Positions 11,649 to 19,994 of a stretch of DNA of 64,000 nt are shown in pieces (positions within the stretch are counted from its first letter, which is position 1; the number at the start of each line of letters is the position of its first letter). The DNA comes from a bacterium (GTDB lineage: Bacteria; UBA8248). The DNA is taken from assembly GCA_965213685.1 (NCBI GenBank), contig CBDBZY010000045.1:24684-88683 (forward strand). Direction: 5' to 3'. The position numbers and the translations under genes were made by a program. The notes under the pieces were generated by a model, which had not been told where the DNA came from, searched no databases, and was given only the letters and a program-made list of their open reading frames with translations.

Positions 11649-11669
11649 TGATGAGAGGAGCGCCTCTCC

Positions 11670-12326
11670 ATGAGTCTGGGGGAGGAGCAGATACAGCGCT
11701 ACAGTCGGCACATCCTTCTGCCCGGAGTGGGAGGGATCGGGCAGGAGCGTCTGCTGGCGTCGTCCGCCCTCATCGCGTTTTCGGCGAGGGAGGAGGGCGC
11801 CGCCGTCGTGGCCCTGACGTATCTGGCCGCGGCGGGCTTGGGCCGCATCGGGTGGTGTCCGCTGGAAGGCGCCCGCGGGGGAGGCGGACTTCGGGACGAA
11901 TCGCCGTTTCTCTCGTTTCTGGGCGCCTGTGCGGAAGATGGCGTCCGAAGCCTCAATCCGGATGCGGAGCTGATTCCCTGTCGCCCGGACGAGGCGGCGG
12001 CGGAGGTTTTTGACGCCCTCGTCTGGCTGGGCGACGCATCGGGTTTCGCGGGGCGCAAGCCTGCGGCCAGGATCACCCTGCGGGGCGCCGCCGGCGATGA
12101 GGCGGGCGAGATTCTCGAGGGGAGCGGCGGCCCCTTCGGGGATTTGGCCTCCCGGAGCCGGGGCGAAGGCGCGCCGATGGCGGCGACCCAGGGCGTCCTC
12201 GGTGCGTGGCTGGCGGCCAGGTGCTTGCGGCGTCTGTTGGATGGGGAGGATACGGTGGGGTCGACTGCGCAGGCCCGTTTTGATCTTTCGCGTGGCTTCC
12301 TGGAAGCGAATGCGAATGTTTCCTGA
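11670..12326 (+). CDS. ThiF/MoeB-like protein, degenerate (no P-loop, no Zn-binding CxxC)
   Basis: N-terminal RYSRHILL...GQERL and YLAAAGLGRIG are retained; the GxGxxG position reads FSAREEG. Confidence 0.75.
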   Translation: MSLGEEQIQRYSRHILLPGVGGIGQERLLASSALIAFSAREEGAAVVALTYLAAAGLGRIGWCPLEGARGGGGLRDESPFLSFLGACAEDGVRSLNPDAELIPCRPDEAAAEVFDALVWLGDASGFAGRKPAARITLRGAAGDEAGEILEGSGGPFGDLASRSRGEGAPMAATQGVLGAWLAARCLRRLLDGEDTVGSTAQARFDLSRGFLEANANVS

Positions 12327-12361
12327 AAATGTTTCTGCGTCACAGAACGAGGGCCGGACCG

Positions 12362-13309
12362 ATGGTCGAACCAGCGGTGGAGAACCCGAGGAGCGCGTTT
12401 AGGGCCATAGAGGATTCCGCAATCATCCGGTGCATCGGCAAGACCCCCCTGTTGCGGATCCGTGCGTTCGAGAGCGAATTTCCAGAAGTGGAGGTCTATG
12501 CCAAGGCGGAGTGGTTCAATCCGGGCGGATCGGTGAAGGACAGGCCCGCACTCTATATGATGAAGGAGGGGCTGGAATCGGGAGCGTTGCGGCCGGGCAA
12601 GATTCTTCTCGATTCCACCAGCGGGAATACGGGCATCGCCTACGCCATGATCGGAGCGGCGCTGGGGATTCCCGTCCGCCTAGTTCTTCCGGCGAACGCG
12701 AGTGAGGAGCGCAAGGCGACGTTGCGGGCCTATGGCGCCGACGTCGTGTATTCGGACCCGATGGAGGGCTCCGACGGCGCGCAGCGGCTCGCGGCGGCTA
12801 TGTTCCGGGAGGAGCCGGAGAAGTATTTCCTGCCGTGCCAGTATGATAACCCGGCCAACCCGCTCGCCCATGTGGAAACCACGGCGGTGGAGATTCTGGA
12901 GCAAACCGACGGGCGCGTGGCGCATTTCGTCGCCGGCCTGGGCACGACGGGCACCCTGGTGGGCACGGGGCGCGGCTTGAAGATGCGAAAGGCGGATGTC
13001 GCGGTGCATGCGGTCATGCCGTCCGACTCCTTTCACGGCCTCGAGGGGATGAAGCACATTCCCACGGCCATTCGCCCGGGGATTTACGACGAGGGCGTGC
13101 ACGACCGGCTGATTCTGGCGGGCACCGAGGAGAGCTATCACCTCGCCGAGAGGGTCGCGCGGGAGGAGGGCGTCTTTATCGGCCACTCCGCCGGCGCCGC
13201 GCTCGTGGGCGTCCGCGAGGTGGCGAAGCGGGTAGGGGAGGGCGTCGTCGTCACCGTGTTTCCCGACGGCGGAGACCGGTATTTGAGCGAGGCGCGCCAG
13301 GGAGGCTGA
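12362..13309 (+). CDS. cysM: Cysteine synthase B / sulfur-carrier-dependent (CysM-type) sulfhydrylase
   Basis: KAEWFNPGGSVKDR, DSTSGNTG and GLGTTGT motifs; co-located with CysO-like and Mec-like genes. Confidence 0.85.
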   Translation: MVEPAVENPRSAFRAIEDSAIIRCIGKTPLLRIRAFESEFPEVEVYAKAEWFNPGGSVKDRPALYMMKEGLESGALRPGKILLDSTSGNTGIAYAMIGAALGIPVRLVLPANASEERKATLRAYGADVVYSDPMEGSDGAQRLAAAMFREEPEKYFLPCQYDNPANPLAHVETTAVEILEQTDGRVAHFVAGLGTTGTLVGTGRGLKMRKADVAVHAVMPSDSFHGLEGMKHIPTAIRPGIYDEGVHDRLILAGTEESYHLAERVAREEGVFIGHSAGAALVGVREVAKRVGEGVVVTVFPDGGDRYLSEARQGG

Positions 13310-13314
13310 ATGAT

Positions 13315-13812
13315 TTGCGATTGAACCGCGAACAGGTGGAGGCGATGTACCGGCACGCGCGCGCGGCCTATCCCGATGAGTGTTGCGGCCTCATCACCGG
13401 CCCGCCGCCTGCGGAGGATGGGGGGCCGGACGCGCCCCTGCGCCTTTTCCCCTGCAGGAACGTCCAGGACGAGATGCGCGCGAAAGACCCGCAGGCCTAT
13501 CCCCGAACGGGGCGGCGCGCCTTTTTGATCGATCCGTTCGAATTCGAGCGCATCCTCCGGGAGGCGGAGGAGGCGGGCGAGGTGATTCGCGGGATATTCC
13601 ACAGCCACCCGGATGAGGACGCCTATTTCTCCCGGGAGGACAAGGATGCGGCGCTTCCCTTCGGGGACATCCCCTCGTTTCCGCATGCCGGACACATCGT
13701 CATGAGCGTGCGCGGAGGGGTGGTTTGCGGCGAGAAGGTGTTTTTTTGGGACGCGGGGCAGAAAGATTTCGTCCCGGGCGACCTGGAGGTGACGGAGGAA
13801 GCGGGCGGGTGA
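13315..13812 (+). CDS. JAB/MPN (Mec-type, M67) metallopeptidase
   Basis: AYPDECCGL and FHSHPDEDAYFSRED (JAMM HxH-x7-S-x2-D). TTG start. Confidence 0.92.
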   Translation: MRLNREQVEAMYRHARAAYPDECCGLITGPPPAEDGGPDAPLRLFPCRNVQDEMRAKDPQAYPRTGRRAFLIDPFEFERILREAEEAGEVIRGIFHSHPDEDAYFSREDKDAALPFGDIPSFPHAGHIVMSVRGGVVCGEKVFFWDAGQKDFVPGDLEVTEEAGG

Positions 13813-14660
13813 GCCGCGAGAGCGACCTCGCGCGTTCGCCGGATGAGGAGCAGGCCGCGCCCGCGGGCCCGTCCGGGGGCCGCGTGTCCGATGCGCAGTC
13901 TCTCGCGCGTTCATCGGCCCTTGTCCTGGGAGTCGGCGGCATCGGCTCGCCCGCGGCGCTGGCGCTCGCGGCATCCGGCGTGGGGCGGATCGGCGTGGTC
14001 GATCATGACAGGGTGGACCTCGGCAACCTGGCGCGTCAGATTCTCCACCGGACGGAGGACTTGGGCCGCGAGAAGGTGGATTCGGGCGCGGATTCCATCC
14101 GCAGGCTCTCCGCCCGGACGGCGGTGGACGCCATTCCCCGCAGGCTCACGCCCGCGAACGCCGCCGAAATCATCGCCCCCTACGATGTCGTCGTGGACGG
14201 CAGCGACAACCTGCTCTCGAAGCTCGCCCTCAACGACGCCTGCGCCGCATCCGGCAAGCCCTGGGTGATGGGGGGCGTGCTGCGGTTTTTCGGGCAGGCG
14301 ATGACCATTCTGCCGGGCAGGAGCGCATGTCTGCGGTGCCTGGTGGGCGAGGAGGGCGCGGGGGCGCGGGGGCTGGACTGCGGGGATGCGGGCGTCTTCG
14401 GCGCCGTGGCCGGTTTTGTGGGCATGGCGCAGGCGGCCGATGCGATCCGGGTTCTTCTGGGGCTGGAGCCGGCCTGGTCGAACAGGTTGATGACGGCTGA
14501 TTTTTGGAAAAATGCCTTCGGCGGCCTGCGGGTGGCGCGGAATGCGGATTGTCCCGCCTGCGCGCTTGCGAGGCGCCGGAGCGTGGAGGCCCCGATGGTC
14601 CGGGAAGCGTCCGGGGAAGGGATGCTGCAGGGACGCCTCATGGGAGGATGCCGCCGATGA
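13809..14660 (+). CDS. moeB: MoeB/ThiF adenylyltransferase (E1-like)
   Basis: GVGGIG P-loop, DRVDLGNLARQILH, DGSDN, CLRC...CPAC Zn motifs. GTG start overlaps the Mec stop. Confidence 0.88.
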   Translation: MSRESDLARSPDEEQAAPAGPSGGRVSDAQSLARSSALVLGVGGIGSPAALALAASGVGRIGVVDHDRVDLGNLARQILHRTEDLGREKVDSGADSIRRLSARTAVDAIPRRLTPANAAEIIAPYDVVVDGSDNLLSKLALNDACAASGKPWVMGGVLRFFGQAMTILPGRSACLRCLVGEEGAGARGLDCGDAGVFGAVAGFVGMAQAADAIRVLLGLEPAWSNRLMTADFWKNAFGGLRVARNADCPACALARRRSVEAPMVREASGEGMLQGRLMGGCRR

Positions 14661-15115
14661 AGATATCGACCAAGGGACGATACGCCGTGCTCGCCATGAT
14701 AGAGCTGGCGCGGCACTCGCAAACGCACCCGGTTCCCTTGCCCCAGATAGCCGGCAAGCTGGAAATCAGCCAGCACTACCTGGAGCAGCTGTTCGTGAAG
14801 ATGCGCCGGGCCTCGCTGGTGCGCAGCACGAGGGGGCCGGGAGGCGGCTACATCCTGGCGCGGCCCCCCTCCCGAATCAACATGCGCGACGTTCTGTTCG
14901 CGGTGGAGGAAACCGTCCAGCCGGTGGATTGCGGAGAGGCGCCGCCTTCCGTTCCGTGCCCGAACATCCGGGCGTGCGGAAGCCGCATTCTGTGGAAGAG
15001 GCTCGAGGATGCGATAGACAAGACGTTGCGGGAGACCACGCTGGAGGAGTTGAGCGCGCGCCCGGCCGGGGAGGGAGAGGGCGTCCGCCTGCCGAGTTTC
15101 CAGGTGAGCATCTAG
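14657..15115 (+). CDS. Rrf2-family transcriptional regulator (IscR/CymR-like, three Cys)
   Basis: MKISTKGRYA, YLEQLF, STRGPGGGYIL motifs and a C-x8-C-x5-C cluster. Confidence 0.92.
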   Translation: MKISTKGRYAVLAMIELARHSQTHPVPLPQIAGKLEISQHYLEQLFVKMRRASLVRSTRGPGGGYILARPPSRINMRDVLFAVEETVQPVDCGEAPPSVPCPNIRACGSRILWKRLEDAIDKTLRETTLEELSARPAGEGEGVRLPSFQVSI

Positions 15116-15144
15116 CGAACGGATCGTCGTCGGGGAGGAAGGAC

Positions 15145-16221
15145 ATGTCGTTTGAACCTGTGCGCGTCGCCTCGATGGGCCTGGGGCGATGGGCCAACGT
15201 GCTCGCCGACGCCGCGTTGCGCGGAGGAAAGATTCGGATCGTCTCCTGCTTCAGCCGAACGGCCGGGAAGCGGCGCGACTTCACGGAGCGCTACGGGACG
15301 CGGGAGGCGGAGAGTTTCGATGCGCTGTTGCGAGACGAGGAAATCGAGGCCGTCATCCTCACGACGCCGAACCACGCCCACAAAGAGCACATCGAGGCGC
15401 TGGCCGCCGCCGGCAAGCATGTCTATTGCGAAAAGCCCATCGCCCACTCCATGGAGCATGCGCGCGCCATCGTCCATGCGGTCGAGGCCGCCGGCGTCAG
15501 GCTCGCGGTAGGCCATAGCGCGCGCCGCCTCGCCGTCTCGAGGCGCATGAAGGCGCTGATCGACGAGGGGGCGATCGGGCGCGTCTCGATGAGCGAGAGC
15601 AATTTCTGCACCGAGCGCGGCCTGGAGCTGACGCCCGAGAAATGGCGTTCGAGCCGCGCGCTGAACCCCACGGGCGTGGTCATTCAGCTGTCCATCCACC
15701 ACGTCGACACGTTTCGCTACCTGCATGGCCCGGTGAAGACCGTCACCGCCAGGCTCAAGCGCATGTATGCGACCGAGGACGTGGAGGACGCCTCGATGAT
15801 GATTCTCGAGCATGAAAGCGGGGCACTCTCCTATGTGGGCGGCGGCTGGGCGTGTCCCTGGGCGTTTCACATGAACGTTCATGGCACGAAGGGAATCGCG
15901 CATTTTCGCATTACCGGCCAGCAGTGGCGGGACCCCTCGAAGGCACCCGATCCGATTCGCCTCCGGCTGGACAGGGAGCCGCTGGGCGCGGACGCCGTCT
16001 ACGACATGCCGGAGGGCGATATGTTCCGGGACGCACTCGATGATTTTGCCGACAGCGTCCGCACGGGCCGCACCCCCGAGGTGGACGGCAGGGTGGCCGA
16101 GGAGAACCTGGCCATCGTCTATGCGGCTGCTGAGAGCTCGCGCCTAGGCAGGACGGTGGAGTTGCGGGATCATCTCCAGGAAACGCTGAGATTGACCCCC
16201 GGGGGGAGGCGCGTCCGCTAG
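15145..16221 (+). CDS. Gfo/Idh/MocA-family oxidoreductase
   Basis: GLGRWA, TTPNHAH and GKHVYCEKP motifs. Confidence 0.9.
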   Translation: MSFEPVRVASMGLGRWANVLADAALRGGKIRIVSCFSRTAGKRRDFTERYGTREAESFDALLRDEEIEAVILTTPNHAHKEHIEALAAAGKHVYCEKPIAHSMEHARAIVHAVEAAGVRLAVGHSARRLAVSRRMKALIDEGAIGRVSMSESNFCTERGLELTPEKWRSSRALNPTGVVIQLSIHHVDTFRYLHGPVKTVTARLKRMYATEDVEDASMMILEHESGALSYVGGGWACPWAFHMNVHGTKGIAHFRITGQQWRDPSKAPDPIRLRLDREPLGADAVYDMPEGDMFRDALDDFADSVRTGRTPEVDGRVAEENLAIVYAAAESSRLGRTVELRDHLQETLRLTPGGRRVR

Positions 16222-16901
16222 TCGTCCGGGTTGGGCTCCGGGAAATCATCCGGCCAGTTCTCGAGCAGCGATTGCAGGTACGCCTTCATCTTGTCGGGGT
16301 TTCCCCGCACCGATTTTTTGATCTTCTCCACCTCGCCCTCGTTTTCAATGGGTATCCGGAACGAGTCCATGAACCGGTTCATCATCCCCTGCTTGCCGCT
16401 CATCAGGGACATCTCGACAATCTCGCCGTCGGTGAAATGCTCTTTCACCGCATCGAGCACGTCGGGATTCTCGCGCGCGGTGTTTTTCGTGAAATGCTCC
16501 GCCCAAAGGCAGGCGGCGCGCTCCCGGGGGTTCAGGAGGGGGGACGTCATGTATGCGTCAGAGGCGATCGCCTCGATTTGCGCATCGGTGATTCCCGTCG
16601 CTTGACCAAGCGCCGTGTTGTGCGCGATTCAGTAGGCGCAGGCGTTCACGAAGCTCGTCTTGAGGACGACGATCTCCTTGATCCTGCAGGTCAGAAGCCC
16701 GCCCATGCCCTCGCGCTGGAGCGTGGCGTTGAAGGGCAGGTAGAACCTGGCGACGTAGGGCGTGTTCGCCATCGCGCGCGCCGAGTTGGGAATGCGGCCC
16801 AGAAACTCGCGCGTCGCCTCGAAGAACAGGGCCGTGTCGCCCGCCGCCTCCTGCGGGTCGAGCAGCCGGATTCCGCTTGTCTGGCTCGTCTGGTCTGGCA
16901 T
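16218..16901 (-). CDS. AhpD/carboxymuconolactone decarboxylase-family protein, probable selenoprotein (TGA at 16631-16629 read as Sec)
   Basis: Track ORFs 16629..17051 and 16218..16550 share a frame; read-through gives ...TSFVNACAY*IAHNTALG..., the AhpD CxxC..H motif with TGA at the second Cys. RBS GAGGA before ATG 16901. Confidence 0.85.
16592..16631 (-). promoter_or_regulatory. Putative bacterial SECIS hairpin
   Basis: 16 nt after the TGA: CGCTT-GGTC-AAGCG stem-loop with G first in the loop. Confidence 0.6.
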
Positions 16902-17107
16902 GAATGTCCTCATTCTGGGGGGTAGGGGATTTTTTATGGTCCATGATGATAGGGGATTATAGGGCAACCTCGCCTCTGCGGGGAGTGCGTTCCGGGGAGT
17001 GGGGGACGCGCCGCTCGCCGTCCGCACCCCCGCCCGCCGTTTTTGATACAATGCCCTCCCTTTTGCAGGAAAACAGGCGAAACAGGCACCCGTAAGGAGC
17101 GCGCGGC

Positions 17108-17752
17108 ATGGCGGATTTTCCCCTCGAGATAACCGACAAGCTTTTGTCCACGACCCGCTCGGTGCGGAGGCGCCTGGATTTTCAACGCGCGGTGTCGCCC
17201 GAAGTCGTGATGGATTGCCTCCGGCTCGCCATTCAGGCGCCCACGGGCTCCAACCGGCAGGGTTGGCGCTGGCTGGTGGTGACGGATGAGGAGCTCCGCC
17301 GAGAACTCGGGCGATTGTATCGCAAGGGGGCCGGAGACTACCTGGAGCAGGGGCTGGCGCAGGCGCGAAAAGACGGCGCCGCCCAAAACGAGCGGGTCTT
17401 CGATTCCGCCGTGTATCTGGCGGAGAACCTCGAGCGCGCTCCCGTTCACGTGATTCCCTGCATCGAGGCCAACCTGCCCGATGATCCGCCCAGGTTCATG
17501 TGGGCCGGCCTCCTCGGCTCCATCCTCCCGGCGGTGTGGAGCTTTCAGCTGGCGCTCAGGTCGCGCGGCCTCGGTTCCGTCTTCACCACCCTGCACCTGC
17601 GCTGCGAATCCGAGGCGGCGGCCCTCTTGGGCGTGCCGGACGGGTTTATGCAGGCGGCGCTCATTCCGGTGGCCCATACGCTGGGAAGCAGATTCCGGCC
17701 CGCCGAGCGTCGCCCGCTCGAGGAGGTTGTGCACACCAACACCTGGGGGTGA
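17108..17752 (+). CDS. Nitroreductase family protein
   Basis: LLSTTRSVRRRL, QAPTGSNRQGWRW and LALRSRGLGSVFTT motifs. Confidence 0.92.
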   Translation: MADFPLEITDKLLSTTRSVRRRLDFQRAVSPEVVMDCLRLAIQAPTGSNRQGWRWLVVTDEELRRELGRLYRKGAGDYLEQGLAQARKDGAAQNERVFDSAVYLAENLERAPVHVIPCIEANLPDDPPRFMWAGLLGSILPAVWSFQLALRSRGLGSVFTTLHLRCESEAAALLGVPDGFMQAALIPVAHTLGSRFRPAERRPLEEVVHTNTWG

Positions 17753-18339
17753 TTTTCCGGGCGCCCATTCGGAGCGCGCCCCTGCGTGCGCAAGACGCCG
17801 ACGCCGTTCGCCGAACCTCCCGGCCCGCCGCGCCCGGGAGCGTCCAGCCCCCCGCTGTTTCCCGCGCCCCGCGCCCCGGGCCTCCCTCCGTCGCGCATCC
17901 GCCTCGTCCGGTCGCGCAGACTCCTCCCTCCGCCAGTCGCCAAGCGGCATGACGGGCCTCCCCCACTTGTCCGCACCGCTCGGCCGCGCGAGCTATGCAC
18001 GAGAGGCGGACCTCGTGAAACAGCTCCGGCCGGGCGGGGGCAGGGGCTGCCCGACCGGGGGTGCGGCTACGGGCGGATGTCCCGTTTGCCGGAGCACCGG
18101 GGGTTCGAGGGCGTCCCCTGCAGCGTCGAGGCGGAGGCGCCCTCTCTCCGGAACCTCTTCCTCCGCCGGGCAAAAAAAGCATGGACGTCGTCTATTATGG
18201 CGAAGACCCCGTCGCCCTCCCGTTCGGGGAGGAGTCGTCGCATGCGAGGCGCTATCGCGCGCGGGGGGAATGTCCGTTTGCTTTCGCGAAGGGCACGCGG
18301 GAAAGCGCGAGAAACCGGAGGCGTCCCGCGCGCGCGTCT

Positions 18340-18414
18340 TGGTGACCCCTAGGGGACTCGAACCCCTGTTCCCGGCGTGAGAGGCCGGTGTCCTGACCGC
18401 TAGACGAAGGGGCC
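18340..18414 (-). tRNA. tRNA-Glu (CTC)
   Basis: Cloverleaf GGCCCCTTCGTCTAGCGGTCAGGACACCGGCCT-CTC-ACGCCGGGAACAGGGGTTCGAGTCCCCTAGGGGTCACCA. Confidence 0.97.
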
Positions 18415-18546
18415 ATGAAGCGGCGCTGCCCCCCATATCGCGCACGTGCGGCGCGCATACGGGACGCAATGGCGAAAGGGTAGCCCCTATCGGGGTTTCC
18501 CGTCAAGCGGGCGGGCGCGCCTCCTCCGCGCATGGCGGTTTCCGCC

Positions 18547-19773
18547 TCAGCGAAACGAGCAGGGGGGCAGCGTGCGCTTCGAGGCTGCGGCGCGCCGTTT
18601 TCGCCTGGCTTGCAGGCCGAGCGTCAGCTGCGTGGCGAGAGTCGGTTTTGGCCCCAGGCGCTTGCCGCGCAGCGCGAGCCAGCCCGCCGCCGACTTGCGG
18701 ATGCGGCCCAGGCGCGTCAGGTCCCGAAAATCGCGGATGTGCGCCCTTCTCCTGAGGTGGACGAGGCGCCTCGCCCACACAGGGCCGACCCCCGGCACGC
18801 GCATCAGGGTCTGCAGGTCGGCGTCCATGATTTCCACCGGAAACGTCGAGGGGTTTCGCTTGGCCCACGCCATTTTGGGGTCCTCGTCGAGGGGCAGATT
18901 TCCTTGGGATGCGGGAATCTCCTCGAGTGCGAACGCATATTCGCGCAGCAGGCGCTCCGCCTGGTAGAGGCGGTGCTCGCGCCTTTTGGAGACCGGAGGG
19001 AGGCCGTCCATCGGCGTGTCTTCCACCGGCCGGAAGGCGCTGAAGTGCGTGTGGTGGAGGAGTCCCTCCCTCTGGAGTGCGTGGGACGCCGAGAGGACGT
19101 CCATGTCGCTCTCCCCGCTGGCGCCCACGATGAACTGCGTCGTCACGCCGGCGGGGATGAGTCCGGTTTTCTCCCGAGACGATTCGCGCGCCGTTTCTCC
19201 CAGGTACGCGAGGGCGGGCCTGAGGTCTGCCTCCAGGTTCTTCTCGGGCGCCATGACGCGAAGTCCCTCCTCGGTGGCGGCCTCGAGGTTCACCGAAAGC
19301 CTCGTGGCCACTTGGGCGGCGCGGCGGAGCTGGGCGTCCTCCACCCCGGGAAGCATCTTGAGGTGAATGTAGCCGCCAAAGCGATGCCGGAAGCGCAGGA
19401 GCTCGGCCACCGCTATCATCCTGTCCACGCCGGTGACGCCGCTGCCCGGAATCCCGCTGGTGAGAAAAAGACCCTGGGCGCGGTTTCTTCTCCGGAGCGC
19501 CATGAAGACGTCGGCCAGCTCCTCCGGGCCGAAGGCGAAGCGCGGCATGTCGCGCGAGGCGCGCATCGGGCAGTAGCGGCAATCGTAGCTGCAGGCGTTG
19601 GTCATCATGGTGGAGAGAAGCGGCATGACGCGCCCGCCGGAGAAGGGGACGGGGAAAACCCCCGGCGTGTCCGAGCCCGGAAATTTTCGCCGGGCGCGGG
19701 GCGGGCCCTCCCTGTCGTCGAAGGATTGGCCGCCGAGGATGGTGAGTTTCTGGAGGGTTTTTTCTGTCGCCAT
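18547..19773 (-). CDS. Putative DNA modification/repair radical SAM protein with helix-hairpin-helix
   Basis: TNACSYDCRYC, GLFLTSG, GYIHLK, REHRLYQA..LLR.Y, DPKMAWA and LMRVPGVG motifs. Confidence 0.9.
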   Translation of the reverse strand: MATEKTLQKLTILGGQSFDDREGPPRARRKFPGSDTPGVFPVPFSGGRVMPLLSTMMTNACSYDCRYCPMRASRDMPRFAFGPEELADVFMALRRRNRAQGLFLTSGIPGSGVTGVDRMIAVAELLRFRHRFGGYIHLKMLPGVEDAQLRRAAQVATRLSVNLEAATEEGLRVMAPEKNLEADLRPALAYLGETARESSREKTGLIPAGVTTQFIVGASGESDMDVLSASHALQREGLLHHTHFSAFRPVEDTPMDGLPPVSKRREHRLYQAERLLREYAFALEEIPASQGNLPLDEDPKMAWAKRNPSTFPVEIMDADLQTLMRVPGVGPVWARRLVHLRRRAHIRDFRDLTRLGRIRKSAAGWLALRGKRLGPKPTLATQLTLGLQARRKRRAAASKRTLPPCSFR

Positions 19774-19810
19774 CGCCATTCTCCCTGTAGTTGTGGAGGC
19801 AATGAGGAGA

Positions 19811-19857
19811 ATGGTAAGCGAAAATAAAACGAAAATCAATGCGTTTTTGTAAAACGC
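19811..19857 (-). promoter_or_regulatory. Sigma70 promoter with direct and inverted repeat operator candidates
   Basis: Minus strand TTGATT-N17-TACCAT. CGAAAAT repeated at 19819 and 19830; perfect inverted repeat GCGTTTT-N3-AAAACGC at 19841-19857. Confidence 0.55.
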
Positions 19858-19994
19858 CCGCACGTGGTGATGCGGATGATCGCATCCACATATGAAAGCG
19901 ATGTATCGACATGTGGGGTGGATTCTCTGGGAACGGGCACCGGAGAAGGGCGCGTCCGCCGGATGTTGCCGAGGCGCGCGCCAGCGCGCCTCCG

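Noticed and set aside
18547-19773. Radical SAM gene as maturase for the peptide array
   Set aside because: It has DNA-repair family motifs and an HhH, no SPASM or RRE domain, and lies 9 kb away.
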